Below are positions 11,015 through 20,227 of a stretch of DNA of 64,000 nt, in pieces. Position numbers and translations under genes: made by a program. The DNA comes from Promethearchaeota archaeon Loki_b32. GTDB lineage: Archaea > Asgardarchaeota > Lokiarchaeia > Sigyniarchaeales > SOKP01. The notes under the pieces were generated by a model, which was not told the DNA's origin, made no database searches, and worked only from the letters and a program-made list of their open reading frames with translations. Positions within the stretch are counted from its first letter, which is position 1. Every line of letters begins with the position of its first letter. The DNA is taken from the NCBI GenBank assembly GCA_005223125.1, contig NJBH01000003.1:1-64000 (forward strand), in the 5' to 3' direction.

Positions 11015-11170
11015 TTGGATGATAAATTATTTAAAAAAACCTTTCCTTTCATTTGTAACGATTGTGGAGCATTTGCTCATACGGACCATGAATTTTGCGA
11101 TAAATGCGGAGCAAAAGGGTTAAGAAAAGCTACAAAACATGATTTTAAAAATCTTAAAAACTCTAAGTAA
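11015..11170 (+). CDS. Small Zn-ribbon protein (51 aa), below the ORF-track cutoff
   Basis: TTG start after GAGTGA; MDDKLFKKTFPFICNDCGAFAHTDHEFCDKCGAKGLRKATKHDFKNLKNSK with two CxxCG motifs. Confidence 0.75.
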   Translation: MDDKLFKKTFPFICNDCGAFAHTDHEFCDKCGAKGLRKATKHDFKNLKNSK

Positions 11171-11223
11171 GAAAAATAGGGGATTTAGGAAAAACAGATA
11201 TTATCTTCTTTATATTATCAGTG

Positions 11224-12141
11224 TCAATTTTGATTTTTTTCAATTTCTTTTAATTCTTCTGTGATATTTTTATCTTGCAGTCCAAGTGATTGTAGAAGAA
11301 TTCTAATTTGAATTATAGCATTTTTGGCATTAATATTCTCAGCAATATTTAACGCTTTTATAAATTGGTTTTTTGCTTCCTTAATTTTTCCGAGATAAAA
11401 TAAGGTCTCACCCACATAACCAAGACCTTTAATAATTTGTTCTGCATAGTTTCCATCAATTGCCACATTGGTTCCTTTTTTAAAATATCTAAGGGCTTCT
11501 TCAAGATCATTGCTTTTCTTTTGAAGGATTCCTAAATTAAAATAAGCTGTTATAATTCCCTTATTATCATTAATTTCTTTAAATGCTTTTAAGGTTTTTT
11601 TATATAGCTCAAATAAAACGTCCCATTCTTCATTAACCTCATGGATATAGATTAAATTTCCTAAACAATCCAATAAATTATAAATGTCATTATTATCTGA
11701 ACAAATTGCGCTACAGTCCATAAAGACATCGCAAGCCTCATCAAATTGGTTTAATTTTATATATGTATTCCCTATTCCCTTCAAACAAGTGATCTGTTCT
11801 TGAATCTGTTTTAAGATCTCGTAGATATCGTAGGCTTTTTCATAGAATTCTATTGATTTCTTGTAATCACCTTTCCTAAAGTATAAAGTAGCTAACACAC
11901 CATAATCTGCAGCTTGTCCTAATCTATCTTTTTGCTTTTTGAAGTGGTTTAGACAAATTAAATAATTTTCTTCTGACTCTTTAAATTGTTCTAATTGTAA
12001 TTGAATTAGAGCAATATTACTTAATTCATGAAAGTAATTAGAATCTTTGCCAAATTCTTCTAGTTCGTTTAAGTTTTCCAACTTTTTATTTAATAATTTT
12101 ATTAATTCCTCTTTTTTTAGCTCTGTCTCATTCTCCGTCAT
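11224..12141 (-). CDS. Tetratricopeptide-repeat protein
   Basis: Repeated TPR consensus (LKGIGNTY..A, YFNLGIL..A..YF). Confidence 0.9.
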   Translation of the reverse strand: MTENETELKKEELIKLLNKKLENLNELEEFGKDSNYFHELSNIALIQLQLEQFKESEENYLICLNHFKKQKDRLGQAADYGVLATLYFRKGDYKKSIEFYEKAYDIYEILKQIQEQITCLKGIGNTYIKLNQFDEACDVFMDCSAICSDNNDIYNLLDCLGNLIYIHEVNEEWDVLFELYKKTLKAFKEINDNKGIITAYFNLGILQKKSNDLEEALRYFKKGTNVAIDGNYAEQIIKGLGYVGETLFYLGKIKEAKNQFIKALNIAENINAKNAIIQIRILLQSLGLQDKNITEELKEIEKNQN

Positions 12142-12181
12142 AAAAATTCTAAATAATAAGTAGTTCCTTCATATAATATTT

Positions 12182-12616
12182 TTATAATAGTTCTTCTAAA
12201 ATCTCTGCTGAGTTCTTTACATATTGAAGACATTTCTTTTCTAAAAATTCATGCTTATCGAAATAGTCTTTCCCTTCAGAAGTATTAATATCACAGCCAA
12301 GTAGTTCCTTGCAAACTACAGAGCCATTATTTTCCTGAAATCGTTCGGTAAATTCTCTAATAACCTGATATGTCTTTTCTTTCGCTTCTAAATTTTCATC
12401 TATTCCCATACCATATTTCAAACCTATAACCATATAAGCCCCCGTCACGGCACCACATGTTCGACCAAACCGAGCCATTCCTCCTCCAAATCCAGTAGAG
12501 ATTTTTAGAGCTATATCTCTATTCAGCCCATATTGAGTGCTGTAAGAAATTAATACTGATTGAGCACAATTACAATTACCATTAAAGTAGGAAACAGCTT
12601 CTTCTATTTTTGATAT
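12182..12616 (-). CDS. C_GCAxxG_C_C family putative redox protein
   Basis: Frame extends 46 codons upstream of the tracked ATG and contains NCAQSVL and GFGGG, followed by TCGAVTG, C.ELLG and KC..YV. No ATG/GTG/TTG lies in the extension; probable ATA start at 12616. Confidence 0.85.
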   Translation of the reverse strand: MSKIEEAVSYFNGNCNCAQSVLISYSTQYGLNRDIALKISTGFGGGMARFGRTCGAVTGAYMVIGLKYGMGIDENLEAKEKTYQVIREFTERFQENNGSVVCKELLGCDINTSEGKDYFDKHEFLEKKCLQYVKNSAEILEELL

Positions 12617-12734
12617 TTCTATAACCTACTCTTTAAAATATTATAATTTAAATCTATAAGAATTATAAAATTTCATATCTATTATATATTTAGAGACACA
12701 TTACTCAAATTGTTTATATAAAAAGGATATTTAA

Positions 12735-13847
12735 ATGAAATTCAAAGCTAGGTTATTTGATAAACTCGATGGAAATAAGGTCAAGTGCCATGTATGTGCA
12801 AATGAATGTACAATCTTACCAGATAAAGTAGGAATATGTAGAACAAGAAAAAATTTTGATGGAGAACTTTTCACACTTATTTATGGATCACTTATTTCTT
12901 CTGGAAGCATAGATCCAATTGAGAAGAAACCACTTTACAATTTTTGGCCGGGTGCAACAGCATATTCTATTGCGTCAATTGGATGTTCTTTTAAGTGCCA
13001 GAATTGCCAAAATTGGAATATATCACAAGCAAATCCAACAGATAATGGAAAAAATGGATTTTATAATATTCAAGGTTATGAAGGTCGCGTTATATCACTA
13101 GCGGAAATGACTCCAGAGCAACTAGAAAAGAAAGTAGTAAAGAGTGGAGCTAAAACTGTTGCTTATACTTATAATGAGCCATTAATATGGCACGAATGGA
13201 TTATAGACACAGTTCCTCTCCTGAAAAAGCATGATATTAAAACTATTTTAGTAACAAATGGATATTCAACTCCAGATGCGACACAAGAGTTGATTCAAGC
13301 AGGAATAGATGCTGCAAATATCGATATTAAAGCAATGACCGATGATTTTTACAAAAAAATATGTGGAGTTAAGTCTGTTCAACCCGTTTTAGACACTGCT
13401 AAACGATTTAAAACTAGTGGAATTCATATAGAAATCACTAATTTAATTATACCCGATTTAAATGATAGTAAGGAAGATATTCAAAAACTCTGTGTTTGGA
13501 TTGTGGAAAATTTAGGGAAAGATACTCCTACTCATTTTTCTTCTTATCATCCGGATTTCAAAATGCCTTCAATGAAACGTACTCCTTATGAAACACTCGA
13601 TATTGCTTATAAAATTGCGAAGGAAACAGGATTATACTTCCCATATATAGGCAATATAAGTCATGAGGAGGGAGGAAATACCTATTGTCCAAACTGCAAC
13701 TTTCTATTAATAGGAAGAAGGGGTTATAGTTTCAAAAATATTGATGTGACTGATGATAAGAAATGTCCAAATTGCTCCTATGAACTAAGCAATGACATTA
13801 TTGGTGAAATTAATAAGCACCCTTCACATAGATTCAGTATTTTTTAA
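12735..13847 (+). CDS. amrS: AmmeMemoRadiSam system radical SAM enzyme
   Basis: C..C...C N-terminus, DPIEKKPLYNF.PG, CSFKCQNCQNW (CxxxCxxC), YTYNEP, C-terminal CPNC. Confidence 0.92.
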   Translation: MKFKARLFDKLDGNKVKCHVCANECTILPDKVGICRTRKNFDGELFTLIYGSLISSGSIDPIEKKPLYNFWPGATAYSIASIGCSFKCQNCQNWNISQANPTDNGKNGFYNIQGYEGRVISLAEMTPEQLEKKVVKSGAKTVAYTYNEPLIWHEWIIDTVPLLKKHDIKTILVTNGYSTPDATQELIQAGIDAANIDIKAMTDDFYKKICGVKSVQPVLDTAKRFKTSGIHIEITNLIIPDLNDSKEDIQKLCVWIVENLGKDTPTHFSSYHPDFKMPSMKRTPYETLDIAYKIAKETGLYFPYIGNISHEEGGNTYCPNCNFLLIGRRGYSFKNIDVTDDKKCPNCSYELSNDIIGEINKHPSHRFSIF

Positions 13848-13917
13848 CGATGATTCAAAAAAATCTCGAAAAAATATCCATTATTATATTTAGTCTTTAA
13901 TTTGTATTTACTTACTT

Positions 13918-14397
13918 CTATCTTTCATTTATTTGTTTGCCAAATATAATGGCATTTTTTTCTCCGATCCAAAATACTTTTCTGAATTTGGATTGGTCGA
14001 TTACTTGAGCACCTGCTTCCTCAACTTTTACTTTCATATAATCAAGTGCTTTTCCACCAGTAAAACGAGCTGTATTAAAGACAACTGCTCTTTTTCCACT
14101 AAAATTTCTAATTCTAGCTACAATTTCATCAAAAGCTTGCGGGGGTTTATTTCCATAAGTGGGCATACCAAAAATAATTAAATCATAATTTGCAGCATCG
14201 AGGGTATTTAATTCAGTTTCTATTGCAGAAAAGTCTTTATTCTCGAACTTGTCTAACATTTTTATCTTTTCGACAAATTTCCCAGTTAATTCCACTGGAA
14301 AATAGCTCACTTCATAATTAGTTAGAGCATTTGCGATAGCCTCAGCAGTTTTCTTCGTTCTTCCTCCCATTGTGAAATATGCAATTAGAGTTTTCAT
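13918..14397 (-). CDS. Flavodoxin-family protein
   Basis: YFTMGGRTKKTA FMN loop; YDLIIFGMPTYG. Confidence 0.85.
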   Translation of the reverse strand: MKTLIAYFTMGGRTKKTAEAIANALTNYEVSYFPVELTGKFVEKIKMLDKFENKDFSAIETELNTLDAANYDLIIFGMPTYGNKPPQAFDEIVARIRNFSGKRAVVFNTARFTGGKALDYMKVKVEEAGAQVIDQSKFRKVFWIGEKNAIIFGKQINER

Positions 14398-14506
14398 AAT
14401 TTAAAGTAATTATACTTACTAAAAAACCTTTATTCTGATTAGTTCTATAAAAAAATAGATTTTCTTTATTTTAAATTTAATAAAAGATAAAAAAAATTAG
14501 ATAAAA

Positions 14507-15181
14507 TTAGAAATATCCCGAAATTGAAACTCCAATTACTAGTAATAAGAATCCTTGAATAAGACAGAAAGCAGCAACTATAAATGCTAATGGAGGCCAT
14601 GATAATGCTTTTGAGATTGCCATTACTCCAGACATATAGAATTTTGCTGTAAGAGCGATTATCGCAAAGATAATTATAAATATGATTACTAATAATATCT
14701 TCGGATCAATAAATACCGCGATAGCTTCTACTAGTTTTGGGGGGATTGCTAAAGCTATTATAGCCACAATTAAACTAGCAACCATTAAACCAATAACACT
14801 TGCGATTGGAAGATCATTTATAGGTTTTAAAAAAGTAAATATCCCAAAGACGATTAGAATAATAGCTGTAAAAACGCTCCTACCAGCTGTGGGATTTAAT
14901 TCAGCAAAAAGTGTGCTTGGTGGTTCATCAAGAATTAACTCTCCAACTCCGCTCAATATGCTGAAAATTCCTACAATAAAACCCAAATAAGTTAAAACTT
15001 TAAGAAATTTGGTAACATCAAAATCCCAAGTTTCTACTTTCCGTTTTTTGACAGATCCTCTCCTTTTTGTCTCATATAATGCGTAAATTATCCAAATAAT
15101 ACCAAGAAGCAAAAGGAAAAATCCTCCCCATTGTGATAAAGGTTTCAAAATATTTTTTGTAAAATCAAATGCAAAAATCAA
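14507..15181 (-). CDS. Uncharacterised polytopic membrane protein
   Basis: About six hydrophobic segments. Confidence 0.75.
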   Translation of the reverse strand: MIFAFDFTKNILKPLSQWGGFFLLLLGIIWIIYALYETKRRGSVKKRKVETWDFDVTKFLKVLTYLGFIVGIFSILSGVGELILDEPPSTLFAELNPTAGRSVFTAIILIVFGIFTFLKPINDLPIASVIGLMVASLIVAIIALAIPPKLVEAIAVFIDPKILLVIIFIIIFAIIALTAKFYMSGVMAISKALSWPPLAFIVAAFCLIQGFLLLVIGVSISGYF

Positions 15182-15290
15182 TTATGTTCACTCTTAAATG
15201 TAAATTTAGATTTGTTATTATATTGTATATACAAACTTAAAAATATATTTCAAAGGGAGTCCAATAATTAAAAAATGAAGTCAGAAGGGA

Positions 15291-16976
15291 TTAGTTAATA
15301 AATGAAACAGATTTCTTAATGTACTCCATATATGACTCAATTTCTTGATTTTTCTTATTTTCATCCCAAGAGTATTCTTTTGCCATAATTTCAGCAACTC
15401 TTTTAGCGGCTATATCCGCAATTTTATGGTCAATCCAAAGTGACATTTCTGTTCGTCTACAAAATAGATCAATTAGATGAGGAGTCGGTTCATATCTTAA
15501 ACAATAAAGAATTTCTGATAGAATAAAATCATTTTCTTCAATTATTTTTTCTTTTAATGATTCATCTTCTTTAATCATTTCAAGAATCTTTATAGCTCCC
15601 TTACCATATTGCTGATATAGGCGATCTTTAATATCGGTCTCCAACTCAATCTTTGATATTTTAACTTCAGCTTCCCATTCTTCTTTTTCTATGCTTATAA
15701 CGAACTTTTGTTTTGAGAAGTTTTCTTTTCTTCCAATATTGGGAAAAATTTCTTTTTCTTCAATTTTTTTGAGTAAATCCTCAGCCATACTCCTCCAAGT
15801 TGTTAGTTTCCCACCTGTAATCGTTAATAATCCATCATTTGAGAAAAATATTATATGTTTCCGAGAAATTTCACTTTCAGATTTACCTTTTTGCATAACT
15901 AAAGGTCTTATTCCCGCATATGTAGAAAGAATGTTATTATAATCTAATTCTGCTTTGGGAAAATAGTGTTTGACGGATTCAATTAAATAATCAGCATCCT
16001 GTCTATTACAAAATGGATTAGCTAAATCCTCCTTATAATCTGTATCTGTTGTACCAATAATCGTAAAATGGTTATTACGAGGTAAAACAAAGAAAGCACG
16101 ACCATCTGTTATTGATCGAATAATAGTGGCCATTTTATTTTTTACATGTTTGCGCTTAAATTGTAAATGGACTCCTTTTGTTGGCCTAATAAGAGGTTCT
16201 GGGATCTCATCAGGATAGTTCTCTAATAATTCATCAGTCCAGATACCAGTTGCATTTATAATTAATTTACCCTTTATCTCTAAGATTTTATCTTTTTCTA
16301 AATCCTTACATTCTACACCCATGATTTTTCCATTCTCTTTAATGTATCCAGTAACTTTACAATAATTAACAATATCTGCACCCCTAATTATTGCTTCTTT
16401 AAGAACCTCAATTGTTAATCTAGTATCATCTACATTATTATCATAATATACTGCTCCACCAATATTTCCTTCTTTAATGAACTCAGGCTCCATCTTAAAA
16501 ATTTCCTCTGGAGGGTACCATTTATACTTTTTATAATTCTTAAATTCTGATTTGTTATCACTTAGAAAATCATATAATTTACATGCTCCTACAATATCTC
16601 GTTTTTTATATTTACCACCTTCTAATGCAACAAAAAGAAAAGGGATTGGTCTTACCAAATGGGGTATATGCGCTCGCATCCAGTTTCTTTCTGTAGTAGA
16701 TTCTTTTACTAAATCCATATCACCGTGAGCTAAATATCTTATGCCTCCATGAGCTAATTTCGAACTCCTTGATGATGTCCCTGCTGCAAAATCTTGCATA
16801 TCAATACAAGCGACCTTTAGCTCTCTCATTGCTGCTTCTCTTGCAACCCCTGCCCCTGTAATCCCCGCTCCAATAATTATTACATCATATTCGGTTTCTT
16901 GCAAGTTATTAATAATTTTGTCCCTATTTTTATAATTCCATGACTTATCAAACAATTTCTTTTCTAAATCTTTCAT
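15291..16976 (-). CDS. glpD: FAD-dependent glycerol-3-phosphate dehydrogenase/oxidase (GlpD/GlpA family)
   Basis: IIGAGITGAG, DFAAGTSSRSSKLAHGGIRYL, IGTTDT, GIRPL, GGKLTT. Confidence 0.9.
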   Translation of the reverse strand: MKDLEKKLFDKSWNYKNRDKIINNLQETEYDVIIIGAGITGAGVAREAAMRELKVACIDMQDFAAGTSSRSSKLAHGGIRYLAHGDMDLVKESTTERNWMRAHIPHLVRPIPFLFVALEGGKYKKRDIVGACKLYDFLSDNKSEFKNYKKYKWYPPEEIFKMEPEFIKEGNIGGAVYYDNNVDDTRLTIEVLKEAIIRGADIVNYCKVTGYIKENGKIMGVECKDLEKDKILEIKGKLIINATGIWTDELLENYPDEIPEPLIRPTKGVHLQFKRKHVKNKMATIIRSITDGRAFFVLPRNNHFTIIGTTDTDYKEDLANPFCNRQDADYLIESVKHYFPKAELDYNNILSTYAGIRPLVMQKGKSESEISRKHIIFFSNDGLLTITGGKLTTWRSMAEDLLKKIEEKEIFPNIGRKENFSKQKFVISIEKEEWEAEVKISKIELETDIKDRLYQQYGKGAIKILEMIKEDESLKEKIIEENDFILSEILYCLRYEPTPHLIDLFCRRTEMSLWIDHKIADIAAKRVAEIMAKEYSWDENKKNQEIESYMEYIKKSVSFIN

Positions 16977-17182
16977 ATATATCAGTCAGCAGAATTTTTA
17001 GATCTAAATTAATCTTACTTGATAATACTATAATACGTAAATTAATATTTCAACTTTTTTTTTGAATTAATAATTATTCGTGTGGACAATACATATTTTT
17101 GCGAAATGTAAAAATTTAAAATAAAATTATTTTATGATCAATGAGTACAGCTAATTTTTGATTCAAAAAAGGATATAAGAAT

Positions 17183-17563
17183 ATGCCAAAATCAGGAAAA
17201 AAAAAAATTTTGATTGTAGACGATGCTCAATTTGTAAGAAATAAGATTAGAAAAGTAGTTGAAAAAATGGATTTTGTCGAAGTTGCAGGTGAAGCTTCAA
17301 ATGGAGATGATGCAATATCTTTATACAAAGAGTTAAAACCTGATTTAGTTACAATGGATCTAGTAATGCCAAATACAGATGGAATTAAAGCTATTGAAGA
17401 AATTATGAAAATTGATAAAAATGCTAAGATCGTTGTAGTAAGCGCGATGGGACAGGAGTTAAGTATTCTTGATGCAACCGAGAAAGGAGCTAAGGATTAC
17501 ATAAAAAAACCTTTTAAAGAAGAAGATATTTACAGAACAATTGAAAAATTTTTAAAAGCCTAA
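17183..17563 (+). CDS. cheY: Stand-alone CheY-like response regulator
   Basis: ILIVDD, TMDLVMP (phospho-Asp), VSAMGQ, KPF. Confidence 0.85.
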   Translation: MPKSGKKKILIVDDAQFVRNKIRKVVEKMDFVEVAGEASNGDDAISLYKELKPDLVTMDLVMPNTDGIKAIEEIMKIDKNAKIVVVSAMGQELSILDATEKGAKDYIKKPFKEEDIYRTIEKFLKA

Positions 17564-17589
17564 TTTTTATAACCATTCAAGACTTATTT

Positions 17590-18564
17590 TTAAAAGTCTT
17601 TTAGAAGTATTTTAAGGATTAAAGGCATAGAATAAATATCATAATAATTATGCTCAACTATTTCCTTTATTAAGCCAATATATCTTTTAGGATTTTCTTT
17701 ATATTTGCGGTAACAGAGTCCTACGAGATTACTTGGTAGTGTATTTTCTCTTGTCCAATTTAATAAATTTTCTTCCATATTGGTTAGAGTATAATTATTA
17801 AATCTTCCTTTAAATAAGCGCCGACAATGATGATATAAATCTATATGGTGGAATTTAGTATTACGTTTCTCATATGGTTGATCATCAATTGAAATCATCG
17901 GATTTTCATCAAAAAAATATAAGAATCTATTTGCTAAATAAGGGATATCGAATGACTTTCCATTATAGGTAATGAAACATTTAAAACGTGGAAATATTTT
18001 AGTTCTTAGATGTTCATATATCGCTATTTCTTCTTCCAGTTCTCTAGTGAAAAGGATATGAATTTTAAATTTATCATTTTCAAAAAAGCCAATCCCTACC
18101 ATAATAACAGGACTATCAATTATTCCTAAGGTTTCAATATCTAAAAATAGGAAATCTTGGATTTTAAAGCAAAAACTTACATCCAATTCATTAATATATC
18201 GATTTTTTGTAAGAGTCTTATAATCTTTATGTTTTATTAAGTTTAAAACCTGATTTGCTGAACTACTAAAATTTAGATTAAATTTTAAATCTGTTAGAGT
18301 CTTTATTCCTCTCTGCTTCAGTTTTTCTTCAATATAATCTCCAATATAGTGTACTGTTTTAAGATTATATAGTAATTTTTTCTGAGTTTTAAATAAATTA
18401 ATGTTATTTGGAATATCTTTTTCTTCCCAAAAGAGTTCTGCAAATTCGCCCATCTTATTTGTAATAATGTGATAATGGTTTTCAAATAGATCTTCTAATC
18501 TTTTTCCATGATACTGTTCTATTAATGGTGTAATCTCAAAGCTTTCGAAATTATAGTAGTTCAT
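17590..18564 (-). CDS. YprB/MrfB-like RNase H-fold 3'-5' exonuclease
   Basis: FLDIETLG, TYNGKSFDIPYL, HIDLY, HNYYDI; N-terminal HhH-like motif. Confidence 0.85.
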   Translation of the reverse strand: MNYYNFESFEITPLIEQYHGKRLEDLFENHYHIITNKMGEFAELFWEEKDIPNNINLFKTQKKLLYNLKTVHYIGDYIEEKLKQRGIKTLTDLKFNLNFSSSANQVLNLIKHKDYKTLTKNRYINELDVSFCFKIQDFLFLDIETLGIIDSPVIMVGIGFFENDKFKIHILFTRELEEEIAIYEHLRTKIFPRFKCFITYNGKSFDIPYLANRFLYFFDENPMISIDDQPYEKRNTKFHHIDLYHHCRRLFKGRFNNYTLTNMEENLLNWTRENTLPSNLVGLCYRKYKENPKRYIGLIKEIVEHNYYDIYSMPLILKILLKDF

Positions 18565-18689
18565 TGCCTATAATTAATTAAGATTTTTTATTTAATAATG
18601 TATTCTCTTAAGATTTATAATAAAACTAAAGTATAAGGACACAGAAAATCTAATATAACCTAATTTATAGATTTATTCTCATTGTGGAG

Positions 18690-18721
18690 AAAATAATAAA
18701 AGGGAGGTATTAAATTCCCTT
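18690..18721 (-). terminator. Possible hairpin plus U-tract terminator after the acyl-CoA dehydrogenase
   Basis: Minus strand AAGGGA-N10-TCCCTT followed by TTATTATTTT, about 26 nt after the stop codon. Confidence 0.35.
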
Positions 18722-18747
18722 GTTTAGCAATTTTAATTGATATCTGT

Positions 18748-20037
18748 TTATGTAGTTTTAAATAATCTTCTAGACTCAGCATCTCCTAGCACATAATGAC
18801 TTCCACCACCATGAATCATACAAAAGGCATCAAGAAGTGCTATCTGATTACTATATTGCTCTGTGAATGCACGCCCCCCCATAGTTCTAAATAAATCAGT
18901 AGAACTTTGTAAAGCTAATTCAGAAGTTTGGATTTTTAAACCCATCCCGTGAGAAGCCATTATTTTAGAACTAGCTGATTGAGGATGACTATCAATCTCT
19001 CGAGTATAGTTTATCAAAGCGGAAAGAAATAAATTGATTTGGCGTATGTTTTGAGCAATTGGAAATCTTATAATCTGATACTGATGTAATTTGTGTTTAA
19101 ATTGTTCACGTTGAAGGGCAAAACTATGAGAAAAAAACATTTTTTTAATAGAGTCACCTATAGCTTCAGCACTGATGACTAATCTCTCTTCAGTGAGTTG
19201 ATGAAACATAATATCTAAACCATCTCCTTCGAGAAGATTCTCTTTAGGGATTTCTACATTATTAAAAACCAAACGACTGACAAATGCATCATTCATTCCA
19301 TAAGTTCTTACTCTGGAAGATTCATAGTTCTTCAATTGTTGATGTTCAGTATCTACTATTATACCTCCTAATCTTCCACTATTTAACCTACCATAAAGAA
19401 TAATATAGTTTGCCAATACTCCATTAGTGATGAAAAGTTTTTTTCCATTCGCAATTACTGTATCATTTTTATCATCAAGTTCCAACTCAATTCTAACAAT
19501 ATCACTACCCGATTTAAATTCAGTCATAGCCGAAGCAGCCATTAAACCATTTTTTACCACAGGAATAAGAAATTTCTTTCTTTGAAATTCATTAGCTTTA
19601 TAGTTTACAGGATTACAATAAAGTGTTCCTCCTGCTAATCTCCCCATTTCAATACTCCAGTTTCCATTTATATATCTTCCACTATTTTTAGACCAAAAAC
19701 CTCCACATAATGCTAAAGCAATAAGTGCATTTCTAGTAACATTTCCAACTTCATATTCTTCAAAATCTATTACTGTACTATAATATCCCTTTTCCGCTAA
19801 TTTCTTCATAAAATTAGCCACGATTTCTTTCTTCCTTTCTTGAATAGGTTCCTCTGCCAGATAATTTAATTCTTCTAAGGCTTTCAAATCTTTTTCGAGG
19901 ATTTCTTCCATATATTCATAAAACTCAGTTAAAAATTCCTTTTCTTTCGTAGTAAATATTGGGTTATTTAGTAAATCTAATTCGGGGATATAACCACTAA
20001 TTTCTAGTCTTGGAAATTCTGGGAGTCTTGTATCCAT
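18748..20037 (-). CDS. Acyl-CoA dehydrogenase (divergent; helix-G Glu type)
   Basis: AMTEFKSGSD, NGKKLFITNG, LTEERL, REQFKH..YQ; C-terminal IHGGG instead of IYEGT. Confidence 0.88.
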   Translation of the reverse strand: MDTRLPEFPRLEISGYIPELDLLNNPIFTTKEKEFLTEFYEYMEEILEKDLKALEELNYLAEEPIQERKKEIVANFMKKLAEKGYYSTVIDFEEYEVGNVTRNALIALALCGGFWSKNSGRYINGNWSIEMGRLAGGTLYCNPVNYKANEFQRKKFLIPVVKNGLMAASAMTEFKSGSDIVRIELELDDKNDTVIANGKKLFITNGVLANYIILYGRLNSGRLGGIIVDTEHQQLKNYESSRVRTYGMNDAFVSRLVFNNVEIPKENLLEGDGLDIMFHQLTEERLVISAEAIGDSIKKMFFSHSFALQREQFKHKLHQYQIIRFPIAQNIRQINLFLSALINYTREIDSHPQSASSKIMASHGMGLKIQTSELALQSSTDLFRTMGGRAFTEQYSNQIALLDAFCMIHGGGSHYVLGDAESRRLFKTT

Positions 20038-20227
20038 AATAAATAAGTCAATTTTCTCATGATTTTAAATTTTCTTCTACATCACGTTGGATTTTTTTCT
20101 CATTAAGATTAAAAAGTCTAATTAGTAAGCTTTTAATCAAAATAAAACATAACAATAAAATATTAACTCTATTTGAAACTAAATTCTAAAATTAAAAAGA
20201 CATGAAATTGTAAAAAGTGAAGATATT

